A DNA stretch of 16,869 nucleotides from Octopus sinensis (lineage: Eukaryota), in contig NW_021825085.1 of the NCBI RefSeq assembly GCF_006345805.1, forward strand, positions 1 through 16,869, given 5' to 3'. The notes beneath the pieces were generated by a model that was given only the letters and a program-made list of their open reading frames with translations, searched no databases and had not been told where the DNA came from. The position numbers and the translations under genes were made by a program. Of this stretch, positions 9,690 through 16,869 are shown in pieces. Numbering within the stretch: position 1 is the first letter of the stretch; every line of letters begins with the position of its first letter.

Positions 9690-9980
9690 TTCCACTCCAT
9701 CACAAATAGAAGGGTCACGTTACTGAGGCCTGTCTAGCTGTTGGTGTTGACAAATCAAGATCTTTTGTCGGCCACCCTTTGTCCCCATATTTCAACTGAG
9801 CTTTAGAGAATTAAACTGCACAAGGAATTCGGTCAGCGAGCTTTCTGCATAACACTGTAACGAGAAGTAGTCCTCGCTTGTTGGGACATTGACTGGTCGT
9901 TGCTGGACAAAGGATTTTGCTTTATGTTCAGTGTACCGTTTCGGCCGATAGTGTCCAGCTTTCGCACCTGCACACAAATA
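9690..9980 (-). pseudogene. Decayed RTE-clade LINE ORF, C-terminal fragment
   Basis: Across frameshifts the minus strand gives CESWTL (9949-9966), YTEHKAKSFVQQ, LLLVTVLCRKLA, SLCSLIL*SSVE and RS*FVNTNS*TG. These are colinear with the recalled RTE pattern YGCESWTL..EHKTN..LLxTVxxRKL..IL.G.VEG..W.DN...WTG. Confidence 0.55.
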
Positions 9981-10832
9981 CCCCCTCAAGACACATAAAA
10001 ACACACAATGCACAACCTATACACAACGCAAAACAAACACTCACACATATACTGCATTATTTTATGGAGTAGATTTGCCGAAGTGTTGCGTGATATTATT
10101 TTCAAAGATTTGTTTGTGTAAGGCCGGAACAATGGGAAATCTAAAGTAAACGACAATCAGAAAACAAAACAAAAAGCTGGAGTTATAACGCTGTAACGCA
10201 TTATGCAACCCGACACAGGTTTCTTCTGCACTGCGGAGTGCATTCGGTTTCACTATACCGTTCCCCACCCACTGAGTTGCAGGGCAGATGTAAGCCGAAA
10301 CGATCGTTGTCCGAAATAAAGCTTACATTTCACGCCGTCTTCTCTATCAATTATTTAAAAATACGCACACACACACACATACACACACACACGTATGCAT
10401 GTGTGTATATTAGAGTGGCCCTTAGCAACAGGTAATTTTCAGAAAGTAAAAATTTTGCTGCTCCCACCCCTTAATCCTGTTCAACAACAAAACAGGGTGC
10501 GCAAAATCTCAGCTTAATCGGACAACTGTTAGGCGACCCTCAAACGCCTTGAAGTTGGAACATAGTATACGCAACGATTAACTCTGTTCAAAAGCGGTAT
10601 ACTGTTCCCTTTCTCGACCATTTTCGTTTTTCCTTTTTAAAGAAATTTATGTGGACACATCCAGGCAGCCCCAACAGATGTTTAAAAAAGTTCTGAATCA
10701 AATTTACCAATACTTATTTACTAATTTCCTGAAATAAGATGAAAAACTGAAGAAATATTAGGTTTTCTTAATAAAGCACACAACTTCTGTAAGAGAATCG
10801 CATTTCTTTTTGCAACAATAATTTCTATAGAA

Positions 10833-12630
10833 TCAAAAACAGTTTGAACACTGAACACTGAATATTGAACATTTTTGCGTAAGAGAGGATTTAATGGCGG
10901 TTGTGTATGTTTTATAGTTTTTGATAACGACCTGTAAAACAAATTGTTTCTCAGTTTCATCTTTTGTGACAATTTTATTGTAATCCTGAATGAGTTTGAC
11001 ACCTCTTTCGGCAACATCATTCACAATAATTGTTTTCTCAAGTTTTTCAAGTCCACTTTTGTAACTAGGATCATCCTTCCATGTTGAAGGGTCTTTGCTG
11101 AGGAAATCGATACTGATAGAAAATCTCGTGAAGAAAGCTTTTGTAGCAGGGGTTACAAAAGACGAAAACTCGATGTTTGTAATGGAAGAAAAGACATTTT
11201 GGTGCAGAATGCACCCCTGCAGTTGGTTTTTTTTTTCTTCTTCCTCTTTGACTGCTTCCTGCTTAACTTGAGTAATATTTGCCGTCACCTCTGTTGGAAC
11301 ACTGTCATCAAATATGGACAAAGCCACAGTTTCGGGAGCTAAGTACCAGAGACGGTTGGAAAATTTTTCGCAGCAGCCTTACGGATTTCTGCATCAATAT
11401 CTCCTGATAATTTATCAGTTGACGCAAGAATAAATCATGATAAGGCGCTTTAATTGCTTCCGATGACAGAAACCAGGCTCGAACATACACGCGAACAAGA
11501 AAAACACATCTTCTTCTTCTTAAAGAGTTCTTCTCCCCAGGAGATAACTGAAAAATGATCTTGAAACAGGTATATCTTGAATGCGTAATTGCTTTTGACA
11601 TCCACCTAGCATGACTTACAGTTCCTGGTGTACGAAACGATATCCTGTTCTTCAGAAAGGGATATCGTTAACTACAACAGTTCTCGGTAATCATTTCGCT
11701 GTTGTTTCTGCCTGGAAAGGTGCTATTCAAAAAAATCAAAGAATGGTAGATCGGACATCATCAGGCACCTCATTGCTACCAGTTATGTAAACCTTGTTGA
11801 GATTCGTCCAAGTTTCTTTAAATATTTTGAGAAATGCTGTCTGGACCAGAAGTTGCACCCATCAGTGAGTCAGAACAACTCCTAAAAGCTAATTCGAAAA
11901 TATGATGACGGCAAGGTAAGTACAACAGGTCGCGATTGGACGATTTTTCTAGATTTGTACAGGAACCATTTACTCGACCTGTGTTGCTTGCTGTATCACA
12001 GCAGAGTGCTTGAATTTTGTCGGTTATACCTATGTCTTTACTACCCACAAGGGGCTAAACACAGAGAGGACAAACAAGGTCAGACAAACGGATTAAGTCT
12101 ATTATATCGACCCCAGTGCGTAACTGGTACTTAGTTAATCGACCCCGAAAGGATGAAAGGCAAAGTCGACCTCGGCGAAATTTGAACTCACAACGTAACG
12201 GCAGACGAAATACCTATTTCTTTACTACCCACAATATGCTAAACACAGAGCGGACAAACAAGGACAGGCATAGGTATTAAGTCGATTACATCGACCCCAG
12301 TACGTAACTGGTACTTAATTTATCGACCCCGAAAGGACGAAAGGCAAAGTCGACCTCGGCGAAATTTGAACTCACAAGAACGTAACGGCAGACGAAATAC
12401 CGCTAAGCATTTCGCCCGGCGTGCTAACGTTTCTGCCAGCTCGCCGCCTTATACCCTCACTGCTCCACTGCTTGGTAAACAGCCATGGCTTGCTGTTCTC
12501 CTGAACATGTCGGAATTTCATGGACTTCCGACAATTGCTCCTTGCCTTGAAAAGTTACAATTATTGCCAGTCTGTCAACCTTTTCAACGCGTGCGGGTGC
12601 TGGGAGAAGCTTTCCATCCCCGTGAAATTC
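10833..12630 (-). pseudogene. hAT-superfamily (hATm-like) DDE transposase pseudogene
   Basis: Colinear motifs: HGDGKLLP (12601-12624), QALCCDTASNTG (D at 11995-11997), LPCRHH (CxxH, 11902-11919), QRNDYRELL, HARWMSKAI (about 11587-11613), WYLAPETVALSIFDD and VNDVAERGVKLIQDYN (E at 11007-11009). Several frameshifts and stops, N-terminus missing, SINE insertion at 12031-12448. Confidence 0.85.
12031..12448 (-). mobile_element. SINE group C head-to-tail dimer inserted in the transposase
   Basis: Full unit 12213-12448 plus headless unit 12031-12212; 7-bp TSD TTATACC at 12024-12030 and 12449-12455. Confidence 0.9.
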
Positions 12631-12892
12631 TTTCAATGGACGAATGTAACTCACAACCTCACTCGCTCACGGCTGGCCGCTGACTGGATGACGGCGAAAA
12701 ATAAGTGTTTGCCCTATACCTGTGCTCTGTCCCCAGTTTTGACAGTCGTTTAGGTTAAATTTGTGCTCTATTTCTGTGTCTCGCTTCTTTAAATTTTGTT
12801 CTAAGGCGTTGAAAATAAGTGTACAAAGCACATAACATTGTAAAAACGGAGGGGGTTATAAACATGGTATTACAACTTTGCCAGGGCTACCA

Positions 12893-13150
12893 AGTTCAAT
12901 TCCCGGACACGCGTTGTGTTCTTGAGTAAGATACTTTATTTCACATTGCTCCAGTCAACTCAGCTGGAAAAATTAGCAGTACCTGTATTTCAAAGGGCCA
13001 ACCTTGTCACACTGTGTGTCACGCTGTATCTCCCCGAGGACTACATTAAGGGTACACGTGTCTGTGGAGTGCTCAGCCACTTGCACGAGTAAGCTGTTCC
13101 GTTGACAGTATCAGCTGGGACCCTCACGTCGCAACCGACGGAGTGCTCCA
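12893..13150 (+). mobile_element. SINE group B2, 5'-truncated
   Basis: Begins at the B-box (AGTTCAATTCCC); colinear with the reverse complement of 3553-3815 and ends GGAGTGCTCCA. Confidence 0.85.
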
Positions 13151-13199
<49 letters not shown>

Positions 13200-13376
13200 C
13201 TATCTACTATCTATCTATCTTTCTATCTATCTTTCAAAAATTTAATAAAAATGAAACAAATTCGTAGCTTATTTCTCGTCAGTCAACACACACACATACA
13301 CACATACGTACATACATACATACATACATACATACATACATACATACATCATACATACATACATACATACATACAT
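13151..13376. repeat. (TC)n/(TCTA)n and (CA)n/(TACA)n microsatellites separated by an AT-rich spacer
   Basis: Direct reading; tracts at about 13151-13231 and 13286-13376. Confidence 0.9.
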
Positions 13377-13620
13377 GGTGGCTGCCTCCCTCGTTATCGA
13401 GTATGGCCACTGCACGAAGCTTAATCAATGTTGTTATCGTGCAATGCCTGTGCAAGAAGATTTTTTTTAAAGTGAGGAAAGGCTGTGCACTGAGTCAACC
13501 CCACTCACTAAGCAACAGCAGCCATAATCCGAAAAGAAGAACAAGTCAACATCATCGGTAACCACTGAGCCGCAGGTTTTAGATCCCAGTTACCTGAGTT
13601 ACCTTCTCTAACAAAGGCTA
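13377..13620 (-). mobile_element. Possible retroelement 3' end with (ATGT)n tail
   Basis: The minus strand ends ...CTCGATAACGAGGGAGGCAGCCACC directly before (ATGT)n. Resemblance to RTE-type 3' ends is from memory only. Confidence 0.3.
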
Positions 13621-13949
13621 GGAGTCCTTCACTCCCAATGGTTTAACCGCTCGATCGGGTATTCAGTCCGATTATTTCTATGTCCCCGCGCATGATACAG
13701 CCTTAAGACATTTATTGGATGGCCGTTGACTCTCAAGAGTTCCTCCGCCCTTTGACGGGTTTTGTTTTTCATCCCGCAGGGTGTCCAATAAACACCCTCC
13801 CCACCAAGCAAGCTTGAGTTGTGACGTCACAGATGCCAAGGTGTATCGGCTCCTTTGCCTTTTCCTTGGATAACAACGGTGGCGTGGAGAGGGAAGGCCG
13901 GTGTGCATGGGCGACTGCTGGTCTACCATAAACAACCTTGCCCGCACTT

Positions 13950-14007
13950 GTGACCGAAGGGGTTCGCAGACATGCATGCATGCATGTCTGCGACCCCCTT
14001 CGGTCAC
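13950..14007. repeat. 58-bp spacerless palindrome centred on (CATG)4
   Basis: GTGACCGAAGGGGTTCGCAGACATGCATG|CATGCATGTCTGCGACCCCCTTCGGTCAC; one mismatch. Confidence 0.95.
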
Positions 14008-14228
14008 GACACAGACCATGGGATTGTACCTAGGAAGTTACCCTCTCAGGCACACTCTGAATATTCCAAACGTCTCATAATGTAATCATTATTGTCCTCT
14101 GTACACACAGATGATTAATTAATATCCATTAGCTCTCTCTATCTTCGAACTGGATAATAATGTTTGATATTTTACGATATTTTATATATTATATTAATTG
14201 AAGAAACATCTTTTCAAAATATAATATA

Positions 14229-14628
14229 CTAGCAGTATCACCCGGTGTTGCTCGGGTTTGTAAGGGAAATAACTATATAAGCATTTTTAGAGATGTAAAG
14301 TATAATAGCCATCTCAATATGGTTAACCACAAAGGGGGGGGGGTGTTACTGTAGCTTTTTACGTTCTGAGATTTAATAATAAACTTTTAGAGAGTTACTT
14401 CCCTTATATATGCCAAAAATGCATTAAAAATGGGAACAATTTATGGTAAATTATTTTTAAAATCGTAGACTCATCGTAGACGCGCGCTAATACCCAGAAG
14501 GGCTCGATATGAATCAAGACTATAAGATACCCGGTTTTGGTTAAACTGCACCGCAAAATGTGGGAGTAGTTAGGAATCTAAATCGTAGGAGACAGACACT
14601 CACACAACTTCACTTTTATATATAAAGG
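14229..14628 (-). mobile_element. Non-autonomous Helitron, about 400 bp
   Basis: Minus-strand 3' end CTAG (14229-14232) followed by T, GC hairpin CCCG-N8-CGGG at 14241-14256. The 5' end A|CCTTTATATATAAAAG is one change from the canonical A|TC. No TSD. Confidence 0.75.
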
Positions 14629-14685
14629 TTAAACCAGTTTATCTTGGATTAATATCCCTATAAGAGGTTTAAATATCCTCAATGT

Positions 14686-14688
<3 letters not shown>

Positions 14689-14726
<38 letters not shown>
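14689..14726. repeat. (TA)n microsatellite
   Basis: Direct reading. Confidence 0.95.
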
Positions 14727-14729
<3 letters not shown>

Positions 14730-14801
14730 GAAGTTGATTATATGTCCGGTCAATGATTTCGCATCCACAAAGCCTTATGGGACGATATATTCAGCTTCCT
14801 G
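14727..14801. mobile_element. 75-bp Tc1/mariner-like mini-MITE
   Basis: Ends CAGGAAGTTGATTATATGTCC and GGACGATATATTCAGCTTCCTG are inverted repeats (2 mismatches, 1 indel); TA on both sides. Confidence 0.6.
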
Positions 14802-14864
14802 TAAATACTTTACTGCTGTAATTTAGAAGGTGCTTTTTTCTTCTTCTTCAGATATATGATCCAC

Positions 14865-15285
14865 GGATCTTTTCGGTTTGAAAGGCAGTTTTTCTAGCGG
14901 TGTCATATGAAATTGTCACCCATAATTATGACCCTAGTATCGATCTATTGCATTTCAATCTGTTTTGGGGTTAGGGTTAGGGGCGGGGGGAAGGGTATCT
15001 TTTTTTTCTTCAGAAATGTAAATAAACCCAATCTGTTGCTTAAACGAGGGACATATTCATACGGCACAGAATGTTTTTTTTTTACCTCAATGGACGTCGG
15101 TGATTGGTTGAAATAGCAGAAATTGAAGAAAAACAACAACAAATATCTTACAAACTATAGAATTTTCTCAATAAAGCCAAGAGAAAAAGATGTTTTGTAA
15201 ACACATTCTACCAGTATACGAAGTTTAAAAGTGTTTAGTCACGTGGAAATTATTTTAAAAACTGCCGTTCAAACCGAAAAGATTC
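14865..15285. mobile_element. MITE of unassigned superfamily with 29-bp TIRs and internal TTAGGG repeats
   Basis: GGATCTTTTCGGTTTGAAAGGCAGTTTTT (14865-14893) versus 15257-15285, 27/29 identical; no clear TSD. Confidence 0.8.
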
Positions 15286-15324
15286 TGATCTACTTACGAT
15301 ACACCCACACACATGCCTGTGTAT

Positions 15325-15518
15325 GTATCGTTGTGTCAATGTTTGTCACCCACCACCACCTACGCTTCCTAACCGGTGTTGCTATGTTTACGTCCCCGTA
15401 ACTTGGCGGTTCCGGCTTAGAAGAAAAAAGTACTTCGTGGAAATTCATTCCACTAAAAATGCATTCTTCAAGCCAGTGCCCAGCGTGGCCGCAGTCGAAT
15501 GACTGAAACAAGTAAAAG
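15325..15518 (+). mobile_element. Diverged SINE group A, 3' half
   Basis: TTTACGTCCCCGTAACTTGGCGGTTC..GTGGCCGCAGTCGAATGACTGAAACAAGTAAAAG. Confidence 0.75.
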
Positions 15519-15630
15519 GTTAAAAATAAGGTAAGTTTGGGTATGACATTAAACTCCACCCGGTGTTGAGGCTCCGGACTTGGAATAGTAACACCTGCCG
15601 GGGTCCCATCAGGAGTTAATGCGGACCCAG

Positions 15631-15810
15631 TTACATACATACACGCATACACACGCACACACACATACGACGGGCTTCTTTTCAGTTTCCGTTTACCAAA
15701 TCCACTCACAAGGCTTTGGTCAACTCGAAGCTACAGTAGAAGACAATAACCCAAGGTGCCATGCCGTGGGACTGAACTCGGAACCATGTGGTTGGGAAGC
15801 AAGCTTCTTT
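15631..15810 (-). mobile_element. SINE group A microsatellite plus 5' half, inverted
   Basis: ACGACGGGCTTCTTTCAGTTTCC..GGGACTGAACTCGGAACCATGTGGTTGGGAAGCAAGCTTCTT. Confidence 0.85.
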
Positions 15811-15814
15811 GCTT

Positions 15815-16000
15815 ACACACACCCACCAGCACTTGACAACCGATGTTGGTGTGTTTACGTCTCCGTAACTTAGCGGTTCAGCAAAAAATACTGATAGAAT
15901 AAGTACTAAACTTACAAAGATAAGCCCTGGGGGTAATTTGTTCGACTAAAGGCGATGCTCCAGCATGGCTGCAGTCAAATATCTGAAACTAGTAAAAGAA
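15815..16000 (+). mobile_element. SINE group A, 3' half
   Basis: CTTGACAACCGATGTTGGTGTGTTTACGTC..GCTCCAGCATGGCTGCAGTC..AGTAAAAGAATA. Confidence 0.85.
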
Positions 16001-16021
16001 TATTTGTGTTTGTGTGTGTAT

Positions 16022-16230
16022 CGTGCTAACGCCGGACGAAATACTTAGCGGTATTCCGTCTGCCGTTACGTTCTGAGTTCAAATTCCGCCGAGGTCGATT
16101 TTGCCTTTCATCTTTTCGGGGTCGATTAAATAAGTACCAGTTACACACTGGGGTCGATAAAATCGACTTAATCCGTTTGTCTGTCCTTGTTCGTCCCCCT
16201 CTATGTTTAGCTCCCTGTAGCAATAAAGAC
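16022..16230 (+). mobile_element. SINE group C, slightly 5'-truncated
   Basis: Reverse complement of 5569-5760 with few changes. Confidence 0.88.
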
Positions 16231-16255
16231 ACACACGCACACACACACACACACA

Positions 16256-16308
<53 letters not shown>

Positions 16309-16377
16309 AATATATATATACACAACACATATATATACATATAGATATGTATACATACATACATTAATATACAAATA

Positions 16378-16735
16378 GGCGCAGGAGTGGCAGTGTGGTA
16401 AGTAGCTTGCTAACCAACCACATGGTTCCGGGTTCAGTCCCACTGCGTGGCACCTTGGGCAAGTGTCTTCTGCTATAGCCCCGGGCCGACCAATGCCTTG
16501 TGAGTGGATTTGGTAGACGGAAACTGAAAAGAAGCCTGTCGTATATATATATGTATGTGTTTGTGTTTGTCCCCCTAGCATTGCTTGACAACCGATGCTG
16601 GTGTGTTTACGTCCCCGTAACTTAGCGGTTCGGCAAAATGGACCGATAGAATAAGTCCCGGGGGTCGATTTGCTCGACTAAAGGCGGTGCTCCAGCATGG
16701 CCGCAGTCAACTGACTGAAACAAGTAAAAAAAAAC
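16378..16735 (+). mobile_element. SINE group A, near full length
   Basis: Head GGCGCAGGAGTGGCAGTGTGG, CORE-like CCTTGGGCAAGTGTCTT, short internal microsatellite and tail, with a small deletion between the two GAATAAGT repeats. Confidence 0.92.
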
Positions 16736-16822
16736 AACAAAAAGCGCATACGCACACACACCAAACTCATACACAGACATACATAGACATGAATATACAC
16801 ACATATATATATATAAATACTC

Positions 16823-16825
<3 letters not shown>

Positions 16826-16863
<38 letters not shown>

Positions 16864-16869
16864 GTGTGT
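16826..16869. repeat. (TG)n microsatellite running off the window end
   Basis: Direct reading. Confidence 0.95.

Larger units (their letters stand above)
10411..12640 (-). mobile_element. Truncated hAT-superfamily (hATm-like) DNA transposon; one end retained
   Basis: Terminus TAGAGTGGCCC begins abruptly at 10411 after a microsatellite, followed by an AT-rich subterminal region and the transposase remnant. No matching ...CACTCTA end found in the window. Confidence 0.7.

Noticed and set aside
14040-14050. CACACTCTGA as the missing second hATm terminus
   Set aside because: It does not match the reverse complement of TAGAGTGGCCC beyond a few bases, and there is no TSD.
1-16869. CRISPR array or prokaryotic operon or defence system
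   Set aside because: No regularly spaced repeats with unique spacers and no prokaryote-like gene organisation; the window is eukaryotic repeat DNA.

Overview
A eukaryotic, almost entirely repeat-derived window with no intact protein-coding gene that I can support. The repeats are very long (TACA)n, (TA)n and (GAT)n tracts plus three recurring tRNA-headed SINE groups. They resemble my recollection of Octopus/coleoid cephalopod DNA; this taxon call is inference, not checked. I label the SINE groups A, B (B1/B2) and C. The only convincing coding remnant is a frameshifted hAT-superfamily (hATm-like) transposase on the minus strand (about 10833-12630). It retains one terminus and is split by a TSD-flanked SINE dimer. 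Also present are a decayed RTE-like LINE fragment, mariner-type and hAT/Charlie-type MITEs with TIRs and TSDs, a non-autonomous Helitron and a TTAGGG-containing MITE. Almost all ORFs in the supplied track are artefacts of microsatellites or SINEs. I did not find a new biological system. The most interesting points are structural: a 163-bp hairpin with a hammerhead-like half-motif, a 58-bp spacerless palindrome, a twin-priming-like inverted SINE, modular SINE domain shuffling and inverted SINE pairs that could form dsRNA.
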